A DNA stretch of 64,000 nt from Thermoplasmata archaeon (lineage in GTDB: Archaea > Thermoplasmatota > Thermoplasmata > Lutacidiplasmatales > UBA184): the NCBI GenBank assembly GCA_035504595.1, contig DATJRQ010000018.1:5204-69203 (forward strand). Direction: 5' to 3'. A program made the position numbers and the translations under genes. Under the pieces are notes generated by a model. That model searched no databases, had not been told where the DNA came from, and saw only the letters and a list, made by a program, of their open reading frames with translations. Below, in pieces: positions 54,632 to 64,000 of this stretch. Each line of letters opens with the position of its first letter. The first letter of the stretch is position 1.

Positions 54632-55491
54632 ACGAGGCCGAACCCCCGGAGGATGATCTCGATCGCCAGCGCCACGACGACCGGGGCGAACAGCAGGCGA
54701 ACCGTCCGGTTCCGTAGCCCCGGGAGAAGATGGCTGCCGATCAGCGCGCCGACCACGGTGCCCACGGCCACCGGCGCGGCGACGATCGGGTTGATGTACC
54801 CCGCTGCGAGGAGGACCCCCGACCCCGCGGCGGCCGTCACCCCGATCATGAAGTTGCTCGTCGCCGTCGAGATCTTCATCGGCAGCCGGAGGAAGTGGTC
54901 GAGGGCGGTCACCTTGAACACCCCGGCGCCGATCCCGAACATTCCCGACACGACACCGGCGCCGAACATGACCCCGAGCGCGGGATTCGTCTGCGCGGCC
55001 CGGTACGTCACGGTCTGCCCGAGCGCCTCATCGTGGTAGGTTCCCGAGAGACCGAGCACCTGGGAGCGACGATCGGGCACCACGTTCTCGGGGAGCTCCT
55101 CGCCCCGGTGCGCGATCGTCCCGGGAATGATCGCGAGCAGGACGAAGCCGAGCGCGATCAGGAGGGCATTGTCGAGACTCGCGTGGGTGAGGAACACCGT
55201 CAGGGTGGCTCCCAGGAGCGCCCCGGGGACCGTGGCGATCTCCATGAACATCCCGATCCGAAGGTCCGTCAGTCGGTCGCGCACGTAGGCGGCCCCGGTC
55301 GTCGTGGAGGTCGCCAGGATCGTGACGGCCCCCGTCCCGATGGCGATCGGGAACGGGACGGCGAAAAAAATCACCAGCACCGGGATCATCACCACGGCGC
55401 CGCCGAGCCCGGTGAGCGAACCGACGAGGCCCGCGAGAATGGCCACGAGCGCGACGAGGAGGACGAACAGCCCGAGGTCCACGTCGCCCAC
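54628..55491 (-). CDS. TauE/SafE-family sulfite/anion exporter
   Basis: Polytopic membrane protein with two internally repeated halves containing G-rich motifs (GxGGGxxxxP); start reset to a GTG (VGDVDLG). Confidence 0.7.
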   Translation of the reverse strand: MGDVDLGLFVLLVALVAILAGLVGSLTGLGGAVVMIPVLVIFFAVPFPIAIGTGAVTILATSTTTGAAYVRDRLTDLRIGMFMEIATVPGALLGATLTVFLTHASLDNALLIALGFVLLAIIPGTIAHRGEELPENVVPDRRSQVLGLSGTYHDEALGQTVTYRAAQTNPALGVMFGAGVVSGMFGIGAGVFKVTALDHFLRLPMKISTATSNFMIGVTAAAGSGVLLAAGYINPIVAAPVAVGTVVGALIGSHLLPGLRNRTVRLLFAPVVVALAIEIILRGFGLV

Positions 55492-55582
55492 GGAATCCTC
55501 GCGGAAGAAAAGGCCGGTGCTCGGACGCTCGCTCCGCGAAACCTCAAAGCCGCCGCGCCCGTGGGAGCGCGTTCTTCGGGCG

Positions 55583-57997
55583 ATGACGGAACAGCCGCGG
55601 GGGCCTCGGATCGCGTTCGGAGCACCGGGGATCACGCCCCGGTGGTCGCACAGCAACAAGGACGGCGTCGGGACCGCCTATTCCGCCGACTCGCGTCTCT
55701 GGTTCACGCTGTGGCGCGGGGCCGTGACGGAGACGTACTTCCCGACCATCGACCGGCCCCAACTTCGCGACATGCAGTTCCTGCTGACCGACGGGAAATC
55801 GTTCTTCCACGAGGAGCGGCGGCATCTCAAGTCCACGACCGAACGGCCGAACGACCACGCGCTCGGCTACCGCATCGAGTCCGTGGCCCCGGATCGACGA
55901 TACCGGCTTTTCAAGACCATCATCGGCGACCCCCACCTTCCGACGCTCCTCGAGCACGTGCGCGTCGAGACCCGGACCCAGCGCCTCGCGGAGGAGCTTC
56001 GTATGTTCGTCCTCGCCGCCCCGCACCTCGACAACGGGGGTTGGGGGAACAATGCGATGGTGATCGACGTGCTGGACCAGCCGATCCTGGTCGCCCAGAA
56101 AAACAACGTCGCGCTCGCCCTCGGCTGCACCGTTCCGTTCCTCCGGGCCTCCGTCGGGTATGTCGGGCACAGTGACGGCTGGACAGACGTTTCCCACAAC
56201 CTCCGGATGGCGTACGAGTTCGACCAGGCCCCCGACGGGAACGTCGCGCTGACCGGCGAGATTCCGGTCGAGACCACGAAGGAGTTCACGGTCGGCCTCG
56301 CGTTCGGGGAGACGGTCCCAGCGGCGATCACCGCGCTCTTCCAGTCGCTACGAACCCCGTTCGACCTGCACTACAACCGGTTCCTCGAACAGTGGAGCCG
56401 TACCGTGCAGCATCAACTCCCGCTCGCCGGGCCGCACGGCGACGGCGGGCGCCTCTACCGGGCGAGCCGGGCGATCCTCTTCGCCCACGAGGACAAGGTG
56501 TACCCGGGGGCGTTCATCGCCTCGCTGTCGATCCCGTGGGGGGCCCGGAAAGGCGACGAGGACCGAGGAGGGTACCATCTGGTCTGGACCCGCGACCTCT
56601 TCCATACCGCGAACGCGCTCGCCGCATCGGGCTCGACCGACTCGCCGCTGCGCGCGCTCGTGTATCTCGCGACCCGCCAGCGCCCGGACGGGAGCATCCC
56701 CCAGAACTTCTGGGTCGACGGAACGGCGTACTGGCAGGGATTGCAGCTGGATGAGGTCGCCTTTCCGATGCTCCTGGCGCGACGGCTCCGGGGGGAGGAT
56801 ACGATCGCGGACCTTCACCGCCGGTCGCTCGCCATGCACGCGGTCCGGTTCCTCATCGAGCACTGCCCGGTCACTCAGCAGGACCGCTGGGAGGAGGTCA
56901 GCGGGTACTCCCCCTCCACGCTCGCGGTCTGCATTGCCGCGCTCACCTCCGCCGCGAGCTTCGCGCGCGGCCGGGGCCTCGCGCCGACCGCGGATTTCGT
57001 CCAGGAGTTCTCGGACTTCCTGGAGAGCCACATCGAACGATGGACCGTGACCCGGACGGGCACGCTCGTTCCCGGCATTCCTCGCCACTATGTACGGATC
57101 CGGCCGGCCCGGGTGGACGACCCTCACCCGAACGAGGGGCCCGACATGGACCCCGTGCGGTTGCCGAACCTACCGCCCGGGGTCCCGAACGTGTTCCCGG
57201 CCCACGAGGTCGTCGACGGCGGCTTCCTCGACCTGGTCCGTTTCGGGGTTCGTGCTCCCGACGACCCGGTGATCGTCGATTCCGTTCGTGTGGTCGACGC
57301 GATACTGAAGGTAGAAACCCCGGTCGGCCCGGTGTGGCGCCGGTACAACCACGACGGGTACGGGGAACACGAGGATGGGTCGGCCTTCACCGACTGGGGC
57401 AAAGGTCGCGCGTGGCCGCTCTTGACGGGAGAGCGGGGTCACTTCGAGCTCGCCGCGGGGCGGGATCCCCTTCCGTACCTTCGGACCCTCGAGAAGCTCG
57501 CGACCTCGACCGGACTGTTGCCGGAGCAGGTGTGGGACGAGGCCGACCGCCCCGATCTCTACCTGTTCCTCGGACGGCCCACCGAGTCGGCGACACCGCT
57601 CGCGTGGGCGCACGCGGAGTACATCACGCTCCTCCGGTCGATCGCCGACGGCCGGGTCTTCGACCAGGTACCGGAGGTGCGCACCCGGTACGTCGAGGAG
57701 CGACCCGAACGCGTCGCGTTCGAGGTGTGGCGGTTCAACCGGCAGCCCCGAACCATGAGACCGGACGAAACGCTTCGCATCATCTGCGACCGGCCGTTCC
57801 GGCTGCACGCGAGCAACGACGAGTGGCAGAACGTCGCCGACCTCGACTCGAACGCGACCGGCATCGGGCTCTCGTTCGTCGACCTCCTTCCCCTCGGAAG
57901 CCCCGGCCGTCGGTGGCGCTTCACGTTCTACTGGCCGCTCGACGGGCGCTGGCAGGGCGAGGACTTCGCCGTCGAGTCGTCGGCGAACGACGCCTAG
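55583..57997 (+). CDS. Glycoside hydrolase family 15 glucoamylase/glucodextranase
   Basis: N-terminal beta-sandwich domain + (alpha/alpha)6 catalytic domain with WTRD and the catalytic WEEV signature; start reset to an internal Met. Confidence 0.75.
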   Translation: MTEQPRGPRIAFGAPGITPRWSHSNKDGVGTAYSADSRLWFTLWRGAVTETYFPTIDRPQLRDMQFLLTDGKSFFHEERRHLKSTTERPNDHALGYRIESVAPDRRYRLFKTIIGDPHLPTLLEHVRVETRTQRLAEELRMFVLAAPHLDNGGWGNNAMVIDVLDQPILVAQKNNVALALGCTVPFLRASVGYVGHSDGWTDVSHNLRMAYEFDQAPDGNVALTGEIPVETTKEFTVGLAFGETVPAAITALFQSLRTPFDLHYNRFLEQWSRTVQHQLPLAGPHGDGGRLYRASRAILFAHEDKVYPGAFIASLSIPWGARKGDEDRGGYHLVWTRDLFHTANALAASGSTDSPLRALVYLATRQRPDGSIPQNFWVDGTAYWQGLQLDEVAFPMLLARRLRGEDTIADLHRRSLAMHAVRFLIEHCPVTQQDRWEEVSGYSPSTLAVCIAALTSAASFARGRGLAPTADFVQEFSDFLESHIERWTVTRTGTLVPGIPRHYVRIRPARVDDPHPNEGPDMDPVRLPNLPPGVPNVFPAHEVVDGGFLDLVRFGVRAPDDPVIVDSVRVVDAILKVETPVGPVWRRYNHDGYGEHEDGSAFTDWGKGRAWPLLTGERGHFELAAGRDPLPYLRTLEKLATSTGLLPEQVWDEADRPDLYLFLGRPTESATPLAWAHAEYITLLRSIADGRVFDQVPEVRTRYVEERPERVAFEVWRFNRQPRTMRPDETLRIICDRPFRLHASNDEWQNVADLDSNATGIGLSFVDLLPLGSPGRRWRFTFYWPLDGRWQGEDFAVESSANDA

Positions 57998-58009
57998 CGA
58001 CCGCGCCGG

Positions 58010-58777
58010 TCAATCGACCTTCAGCCACCGCGCCGACACCCGCCAGCCGATGACCAGCAGCGCGACCGCGAACAGCGCGAGGTAACCGAGGTTGATCCAC
58101 GGCACAGCCGTCCCGAGAACGAAGGATCGGCCGAGGAGCGCCGAGAACGTGATCGGATTCACCTTGGAGATGTCCTGCATCCAGGTCGGGAAGTACTGAC
58201 CCCCGAACAGCGCGGTGCTCGCGAACATGAGGGGCATCGTGATGAAGTTCGAGACGACCCCGGGCGTCTGCCAATCCGTGGAGGACGCGGTCACGGCGAG
58301 GAAGAGGCTCGAGAACCCGATCGCGAGGCAGAAGAGCGCGGCCACCCACGCGAGCCACTCGACCGGCGAAAGCCCGAACGACACCCCGAAGAGCGTCGCA
58401 GCGGCGATCATGATCGGGAACTGGATGAGACCGCGCGTCGCGGATCCGAGCGCCTTCGAAAGGAAGATCGTGCCCTTCGACGTGGGGGTGATCAAGATGC
58501 GCTTCATGAAGCCGAACCGCTTGTCCTGGATCGTGCTCATGGAACCGAACATCCCGACGGAGAGCATCGAGGTCGAGAGCGTGCCGGGCAACAGGAACGC
58601 GAGGTAGCTGTGCCCCTCCGCGATCGCCTGCACGACGGCGGGGGGCGCGTTGGCGAAGCTCGAGCCGAAGAACGCGAGCCACATGAACGGCTGGACGATC
58701 GTGATCAGTAGCACGAACGGGTTGCGGAACGTCCGCAAGATCTCCCGGAGGTAGAGGCCGACGAACTGGCTCCTCAT
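58010..58777 (-). CDS. ABC-2 type transporter permease
   Basis: Six hydrophobic TM segments; 4-nt overlap with the ATPase gene. Confidence 0.8.
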   Translation of the reverse strand: MRSQFVGLYLREILRTFRNPFVLLITIVQPFMWLAFFGSSFANAPPAVVQAIAEGHSYLAFLLPGTLSTSMLSVGMFGSMSTIQDKRFGFMKRILITPTSKGTIFLSKALGSATRGLIQFPIMIAAATLFGVSFGLSPVEWLAWVAALFCLAIGFSSLFLAVTASSTDWQTPGVVSNFITMPLMFASTALFGGQYFPTWMQDISKVNPITFSALLGRSFVLGTAVPWINLGYLALFAVALLVIGWRVSARWLKVD

Positions 58778-59769
58778 CGGCGCGCCTGCCGCATTTGGGC
58801 GTAGAACTTCCGAATGTCCCGCATCGGTTCTTCGCCGCTGATGCGCCGCCCGGTCAGGTCGAGGAAGACCGTCTCGAGGCTGGGCTTTTCCACGCTGATC
58901 GACCGTACCGAGTCATTCCCCACGGTGGCGAGCAGGCTCGGAAGGGTCGCCTCGGCGGACGCCACGCGTAACGTCCACCGATCACCGTGCGAGCTCGCTT
59001 CCTGGACGCCCGGAAGGGCCCGCAGGCGCGCGCCGTCCAGCGGCGCCGCGGTTTCGAGCTCGATGACGTCCGCCTTGACCCGACTCTTGAGCTCGGGCGT
59101 CGTTCCCTCGGCGATCACGTGACCGTGGTCGATGATCGCGATCCGGTCGCATAGGGCGTCGGCCTCCTCGATGTAATGGGTCGTGAGGAGCACGGTGACA
59201 CCGAACTCCTTGTGGACGCCGGCGACAATGTCCCAGAGCATACGACGCGTGCTGACGTCGAGGCCGATCGTCGGTTCGTCCATGAAAATCACCGACGGCT
59301 GGTGGAGGAGGGCGAGGGCGATCTCGAGCTTCTTGCGCATCCCCGTGGAGAACTTGTTGACCTTGTCGTCGGCCCGGTCGGCGAGAGAAAAGTAACTGAG
59401 CAGCAGTTCGGCCCGCGGTTCCCAGTCCTTGAGATTCTGGAGCTTCGCCTGCAGCCAGAGGTTCTCTCGGGCGGAGAAGTCGTCGTCGAGGATCACCTCG
59501 GCGGCGACCCACCCGATGCGCGCACGGACCTCCATCGACTGGGTTCGAACGTCGAATCCGGCGACCGTCGCGTCACCGGAGGTGAGGTCACTGATCCCCG
59601 TGAGCACCTTGATCAGAGTCGTCTTGCCGGCCCCGTTCGGCCCGAGCAGCCCGAACACCGTGCCGGACGGGATCGAGAGGCTCACGTGGTCGAGCGCGAG
59701 CACCCCGTGGGCGAGCGAGCCGTATCGCTTGGAAACGTCCCGCACCTCGATCGCACTGGTCGTCGTCAT
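58774..59769 (-). CDS. ABC transporter ATP-binding protein
   Basis: Walker A GPNGAGKTT, signature FSTGMRKKLE, Walker B IFMDEPT, H-loop. Confidence 0.9.
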   Translation of the reverse strand: MTTTSAIEVRDVSKRYGSLAHGVLALDHVSLSIPSGTVFGLLGPNGAGKTTLIKVLTGISDLTSGDATVAGFDVRTQSMEVRARIGWVAAEVILDDDFSARENLWLQAKLQNLKDWEPRAELLLSYFSLADRADDKVNKFSTGMRKKLEIALALLHQPSVIFMDEPTIGLDVSTRRMLWDIVAGVHKEFGVTVLLTTHYIEEADALCDRIAIIDHGHVIAEGTTPELKSRVKADVIELETAAPLDGARLRALPGVQEASSHGDRWTLRVASAEATLPSLLATVGNDSVRSISVEKPSLETVFLDLTGRRISGEEPMRDIRKFYAQMRQARR

Positions 59770-60269
59770 CGCGTCCTCGGTGCCGAACTGGAGCGGCCGT
59801 CTCGACCCAGCGCGGCCAACCGCGACTCCGTGACCCGCAGCTCCGCCCGCACCTGATCGAGGAGCGGTGTCCCCCCCGCCCGGGCGCCGGGGGTTCGCTC
59901 CAGATACGACGTCATGCCCTCGAGATGATGTCGCAGGTGGTCCAACAGCGGCTGGCCGGGGTCGGCCCCCCCGACGATCTCCGACCAGAGCGCTCCGAGG
60001 TCCGGCCCACTCCTCCGTCGACCCGCGAATCCGGACCGGAGTCGGCGCAGAAACGACCGTCCCGAGGGGGTGATGCGATACACCCGTCGGCGCCCGTCCC
60101 GCGACGGGTGCGCCAAACGCTTACGGACGAGCGACTGGAGCGCCGGATAGACCGCTCCCGGACCGGGTCTCCATCCCCCGTCGGTCCGTTCGGCGATGCG
60201 CTCGGTGAGCGAGTAGCCGTAGATCGCTCCCTCCCGCTCCATCACGGAAAGCGCGTAGAGACCCAGCAT
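59766..60269 (-). CDS. PadR-family transcriptional regulator
   Basis: N-terminal wHTH with GYSLTERI...GAVYPALQSLVRKRL; first gene of the PadR-ABC operon. Confidence 0.8.
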   Translation of the reverse strand: MLGLYALSVMEREGAIYGYSLTERIAERTDGGWRPGPGAVYPALQSLVRKRLAHPSRDGRRRVYRITPSGRSFLRRLRSGFAGRRRSGPDLGALWSEIVGGADPGQPLLDHLRHHLEGMTSYLERTPGARAGGTPLLDQVRAELRVTESRLAALGRDGRSSSAPRTR

Positions 60270-60323
60270 TCGGCCGGGGCGAGGTCCGAACGGTCGGGGT
60301 TTTCTCGGAATACTTAGTTATGT

Positions 60324-60335
60324 ATCGAATTCGAT
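60324..60335. promoter_or_regulatory. Perfect 12-bp palindrome ATCGAATTCGAT in an AT-rich divergent promoter region; candidate PadR operator
   Basis: Positions 60301-60345 are conspicuously AT-rich (TACTTAGTTATGTATCGAATTCGATATAATG) in a 68% GC genome and lie between the divergent PadR operon and the oxidase gene. Confidence 0.35.
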
Positions 60336-60452
60336 ATAATGTCATCGCCCCGCGCTGGCCGATCGGCCCGGCGGAACGGTGGGAGATCCGCTCGATACCA
60401 ACCGGTTCCACATCAATCCCGAGCCGGGTCCGGGGGCGGGCCCATCGAGCTC

Positions 60453-63137
60453 ATGACGTCGACCGGGACGACCGGGGACTACCCCTCGGTAGCGTCGTTC
60501 GAACGGCCTCCGGCGCTCGTCCAGGTCCTGAACGACACGGAAGAGGCGATCCGCGCCCGCCTCGCCAAGCTGAGGCTGTTCGACCGGGTGTTCCTCCTCC
60601 ATCGCGACTGGATGACGCGCATCACGATGCTGATGATCATCCTCGCGATCTTCTGGGGCGCGGTCGGAGGGTTCGATGCGTTCGGGTTCCAGACGCAGGT
60701 GGTCGGCTACGCGACCTCGGGGACGCTCGAGCTGTCGAACCAGGAGATCTACTCCTCCGTCACCCTCCACGGCATCCGCATGCTGTTCGGGTTCGCCCAG
60801 CAGCTCGAGATGGCGTTCTTCGGACTTCTCCTGGTGAACGTCCTCTCGCTGACCCCGAAGTTCAAGTGGCGACTCTACACCGCCGTCGGCCTGCTCAACC
60901 TGTCGATCATCTTCATCGAGGGTCCGATCTACCTCGTCCCGTTCAACGACAACTACTTCCCGTCGACGGGATGGACGTTCCTTTCGCCCCTCGGCGTCAA
61001 CGGGCAAAGCCTGTACGTCGTGTCCCCGCTGTTCTTCGTCGGCTTCCTGTTCCTCGGCATCGCCATGTTCCTGTGGACGTGGTGGATGCTATCGCATTTC
61101 CTCGCGTGGTACCGCACCGATGCGGCCCGCGCCGGCCGCTTGCCGGTGTTCGTCCTGTTCCTCCTGGTCACCGTCATCCTGATCCCGATCACGTACGGAC
61201 CGCTGCTCGTCTCCACGGTGTGGGACCTCGGGACCTACTTCGCCGGTTGGCCGATCAACGCCCTCGCGAACCAGGTCATCTTCTGGATGTTCGGCCACGC
61301 GCTGGTGTACCTCCTCTTCCTCCTGCCGGTCACCGGATTCTACCTGCTCCTGCCGATCCTCGCCCGACGGCCTCCGTACTCGTACCGATGGGCGTTCGTT
61401 TCGGCCCTGATGTTCGTCCTCCTTACCCCGCTCCTCGGCATCCACCACCTGTACCTCACGCCCCTGCCCGGCTGGTCGGTCTGGGTGACAATGGCGCTCT
61501 CCTTCGCCATCGTCCTCCCGTCCGCGATCACGTTCTTCTCGGTCTGGATGACGCTGAAGGGGGTCCCGAGTTCCCAGTGGGAGTGGAATGTCGTCGCCCT
61601 GTTCGCGCTCCTTTCCTTCGGTGGGTCGATCTTTGGAGGCCTCTCCGGGCCGATGCTGGCCACCGTCCCGTGGGACCTCTCCTTACACAATTCCCTGTTC
61701 GTCCTCAGCCATTTCCACGCGCTGACGATCCTCTCGATCACGGCGGGTGGATTTGCGCTCGCCTACGCGTTCTTCCCGATCCTCACGGGCCGCTCGTGGT
61801 TCTCCGGCCGACTCGCGCTCGTGCACTTCGTCCTGACGCTGGTCGGAGGGCTCGGGCTGATCATCGCCTTCGACCAGCTCGGGGAGCTGGGCGTGCTGCG
61901 TCGGTCGTTCCTCCTGCCGGGGCTCCCGGAAGTGACGATGTACCAGATCGTCCTGTTCGGCTCGATCGTGGTGATCCTCGTCGGGCAGCTATTCTTCGTT
62001 CTGAACGGCTTCCTGACCGTCTTCCTTTCCCCGCTCTTCTCGGCCGAGGGCTTGACGTTCGATGAGGCCGTCCGAAAAGCCGCGCAATCGACCTGCCCTA
62101 CCGCCCGCCGGGTGCCCATCGGGGACATTCCCTATGTCCGGAGAGTTCCCCGGGTCCGACGGGAGCGCGCCGAGCGCGTGTGGGTCGGCACCGTGGTCGT
62201 CCTGCTCGTCGTCGTGCTGGTCGCGTCGACCCCGGCCACGCTCTCGACCTCCAACGGGATCGGCAGCCCCTCCGACCCGCCCCCCGGCACGGAGTTCGTT
62301 TCGATGCATGCCCAACAGTACTACTGGGCAGTTTCCGAACATGGTCGCGTGAACGGCACGTTCGACAACGTGATCGTCGCCTACGCGGACCAGCCGGTTG
62401 AGGTCAACGCGACGGCATCGGGGGCGACGCAAGAATTTTACCTGCCGCTTCGGGACGCGACGCCCGTTAGCTTCGAGGTGGTCCCCGGGACCCCGTCCTA
62501 TGCGCTCTTCACCGCCCCCTCCACTCCCGGTGTCTACGCCGTGCCCGACGGGGAGTATGACGGCCCCTGGTTCGGACAGGACGTGGCGGCCCTCGTCGTC
62601 CTGCCCGCCCCCGGCGCGACGAACTCCCTCGCGGCCTTCCAATCGAGCTCCGGGGAGGGGGACATCTACAACCCGCCCATCGTCGCCGCCTCCTCCGCGG
62701 ACCTGGTCGGCGACGGGGCGGGGCTGTTCAACCACAGCGTCCCCGGACCGACCCTCTCGGCCGCCGCGGGCCCGGTGTCGTTCTCCTGGTCGGTTCCTCT
62801 CAGCTCGATCGGGGTGAACAACTACCTGGTCAACGTGACCTCCAACACGGCGAACCAGCAACAGCAGTACGTGATCTCCCGCAACTACACCTTGCCGTTC
62901 CAGTTCGGGGTCTGGGCCATCCGACCGGCGACGGGGCTCGCGTTCGTGTCGAGCGCACCGCTTCGCATCAACGCGGACGAGACCGAGTCGGCCAACTTGA
63001 CCGCCGGCGCGTACCTGTACGGCGTCGTCCAGCCAATCGACTATTCGTACAATCCGGCGGGCGATTCCGGGGGGAGCACGGGCTCGGACACCGGCTTTGT
63101 GATGGGGCTGTGGGGGGTCCTGTGGGTGGCGACGTGA
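60453..63137 (+). CDS. Heme-copper oxidase subunit I fused to a subunit II-like cupredoxin domain (quinol-oxidase type; no CuA cysteines seen)
   Basis: 12+ TM helices with conserved His ligands (WMFGHALVY, HHLY, HFHAL); C-terminal TM + ~330-aa extracytoplasmic domain lacking the H-C-C-H-M CuA motif. The ORF-track ATG at 60339 sits inside the TATA-like element, so the start was moved to Met-39. Confidence 0.7.
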   Translation: MTSTGTTGDYPSVASFERPPALVQVLNDTEEAIRARLAKLRLFDRVFLLHRDWMTRITMLMIILAIFWGAVGGFDAFGFQTQVVGYATSGTLELSNQEIYSSVTLHGIRMLFGFAQQLEMAFFGLLLVNVLSLTPKFKWRLYTAVGLLNLSIIFIEGPIYLVPFNDNYFPSTGWTFLSPLGVNGQSLYVVSPLFFVGFLFLGIAMFLWTWWMLSHFLAWYRTDAARAGRLPVFVLFLLVTVILIPITYGPLLVSTVWDLGTYFAGWPINALANQVIFWMFGHALVYLLFLLPVTGFYLLLPILARRPPYSYRWAFVSALMFVLLTPLLGIHHLYLTPLPGWSVWVTMALSFAIVLPSAITFFSVWMTLKGVPSSQWEWNVVALFALLSFGGSIFGGLSGPMLATVPWDLSLHNSLFVLSHFHALTILSITAGGFALAYAFFPILTGRSWFSGRLALVHFVLTLVGGLGLIIAFDQLGELGVLRRSFLLPGLPEVTMYQIVLFGSIVVILVGQLFFVLNGFLTVFLSPLFSAEGLTFDEAVRKAAQSTCPTARRVPIGDIPYVRRVPRVRRERAERVWVGTVVVLLVVVLVASTPATLSTSNGIGSPSDPPPGTEFVSMHAQQYYWAVSEHGRVNGTFDNVIVAYADQPVEVNATASGATQEFYLPLRDATPVSFEVVPGTPSYALFTAPSTPGVYAVPDGEYDGPWFGQDVAALVVLPAPGATNSLAAFQSSSGEGDIYNPPIVAASSADLVGDGAGLFNHSVPGPTLSAAAGPVSFSWSVPLSSIGVNNYLVNVTSNTANQQQQYVISRNYTLPFQFGVWAIRPATGLAFVSSAPLRINADETESANLTAGAYLYGVVQPIDYSYNPAGDSGGSTGSDTGFVMGLWGVLWVAT

Positions 63138-63355
63138 AACCGGAGGCGACGACCCCGTCGAGCTCGGGGTGGCGAACTCCGTTTGTCGTGTTCGGAATCG
63201 TGGGCGTCGTGGCGGCCGCCGGAGCGATCTGGGAGGCGCTCTACTACGCGACGTCCCCGGCGCTCTCGTCCGCTTCGCTGGGAACCACGCTCGGGATCGT
63301 CATCGCGGTGGTCGCCTTCGTGGCGGTGGCCCTCTGGGCACCGCCCAACGATTGA
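63134..63355 (+). CDS. Small two-TM membrane protein, possible oxidase accessory subunit
   Basis: GTG start overlapping the oxidase stop (GTGA); two hydrophobic helices. Confidence 0.35.
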   Translation: MKPEATTPSSSGWRTPFVVFGIVGVVAAAGAIWEALYYATSPALSSASLGTTLGIVIAVVAFVAVALWAPPND

Positions 63356-63369
63356 TCGCCACCGGACCG

Positions 63370-64000
63370 TTACTCGGGCGATACCCGCGTGCCCGCCCGT
63401 CCTTCGAGAGCGCGGGGCAGCGAGTGGATGTCGGTGATCACGAAGTGCCGCCCTCCCTGGCGCAGGAATCGAAGGCCGGCCTCGACCTTCGGGCCCATGC
63501 TGCCTTCCGCGAACTCCCCCCGACGGGCGTAGCGCGCGAGCTCGGTCGCGGTAACGCGGCCGAGCCACCGGGGATGACCCGAGGCAAAATCGACCGCCGC
63601 GCCCGGGACGTCCGTGACGATCGCGAGCGTGTCGACCGCCAGGGTGGCCCCGACGAGCGCTGCCCCGAGGTCCTTGTCGATCACGGCGTCCACCCCCTCC
63701 CACCTCGCCCCGCGCCGGACGACCGGGATCCCGCCGCCTCCGGTCACCACGAACACGCATCGGCGACCGAACCCGGCGTCCAGCATCGCCCGCACCGCCG
63801 GACCTTCGAGCCAGCGTCGGGGGTCGGGCGACGGGACCAGTCGACGCCAGCCGCCCCGTCGCCGGTCCTCCTGGACGGTCCAGTGGAGCTGGCGCGCGAG
63901 GCTTCGGGCCTCGCGCCGGGAGTAAAAGCGCCCGACGGGTTTCGTGGGTCGACGGAACGCCGGGTCCCGAGCGGAGACCTCGGTGCGGCTGACGAGCGGA
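63370..64000 (-). CDS. arcC: Carbamate kinase (C-terminal part; N-terminus beyond the window end)
   Basis: ...RRLVPSPDP...AMLDAG...VVTGGGGIPV...GVDAVIDKDL...GSMGPKVEA..RF...GG matches the carbamate kinase C-terminal half; the reading frame stays open to position 64000. Confidence 0.75.
   Translation of the reverse strand, partial: PLVSRTEVSARDPAFRRPTKPVGRFYSRREARSLARQLHWTVQEDRRRGGWRRLVPSPDPRRWLEGPAVRAMLDAGFGRRCVFVVTGGGGIPVVRRGARWEGVDAVIDKDLGAALVGATLAVDTLAIVTDVPGAAVDFASGHPRWLGRVTATELARYARRGEFAEGSMGPKVEAGLRFLRQGGRHFVITDIHSLPRALEGRAGTRVSPE

Noticed and set aside
60339-60452. Upstream ATG start for the heme-copper oxidase
   Set aside because: That ATG sits within or adjacent to the AT-rich TATA/palindrome element, and the first 38 residues are Arg/Ser/Gly-rich with no TM character; Met-39 was preferred (uncertain).
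1-64000. Mobile elements / integrases / transposases / CRISPR arrays / rRNA genes
   Set aside because: No integrase, transposase, terminal inverted repeats, direct-repeat arrays or rRNA-like conserved stretches were recognisable by eye.

Overview
This window is high-GC (about 68%) archaeal chromosomal DNA. The archaeal call rests on TFB, Gar1, Hjc, aIF6, ribosomal proteins S19e/L39e/L31e/S17e, tRNA introns and TATA boxes about 25-30 nt upstream of start codons, many of them apparently leaderless. Coding density is very high, and several long six-frame ORFs are antisense shadows of real genes.

Ordinary, well-supported content:
- A beta-oxidation-like module: 3-hydroxyacyl-CoA dehydrogenase, SCP2 protein, thiolase and a DUF35 protein.
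- A gar1-tfb pair, tldD/tldE peptidases and purN.
- A molybdenum hydroxylase cluster: mocA, xdhC, 2Fe-2S small subunit, Mo large subunit, FAD subunit and a ParB/Srx-like gene.
- The conserved S19e / PDCD5-like / L39e / L31e / aIF6 / S17e block.
- A PPAT-like gene, site-2 protease, Trm11-like methyltransferase, Mut7-C protein, phosphohexomutase, TauE/SafE exporter, GH15 glucoamylase, a PadR-ABC efflux operon, a fused heme-copper oxidase I+II, and a partial carbamate kinase.

Accessory or unusual content:
1. Two tRNA-Ser genes (anticodons GCU and CGA) each carry a roughly 31-33 nt intron at the same non-canonical T-loop position.
2. A minus-strand block of about 14 kb (20684 down to 6878), mostly tightly spaced, encodes a 1517-aa TPR protein with a C-terminal zinc ribbon, two tandem paralogous secreted proteins, a four-gene membrane / zinc-ribbon / SPFH operon containing a 16-proline run, and a 1138-aa PKD/YVTN surface protein.
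3. Two tandem KaiC-like ATPases, one with a roughly 600-aa Pro/Ala-rich disordered tail, sit beside a ThiS/SAMP-like beta-grasp protein ending in GG that is translationally coupled to two coiled-coil proteins.
4. A translationally coupled operon encodes a vWA protein, an atypical P-loop GTPase with septin/GIMAP-like motifs, and a 1010-aa coiled-coil protein.
5. A wHTH + AAA-like ATPase with a zinc-ribbon partner is transcribed divergently from hjc off a shared TATA box.

My best candidates for a previously undescribed system are items 4 and the zinc-ribbon / SPFH operon in item 2, followed by items 3 and 5. No CRISPR array, integrase or transposase was seen.
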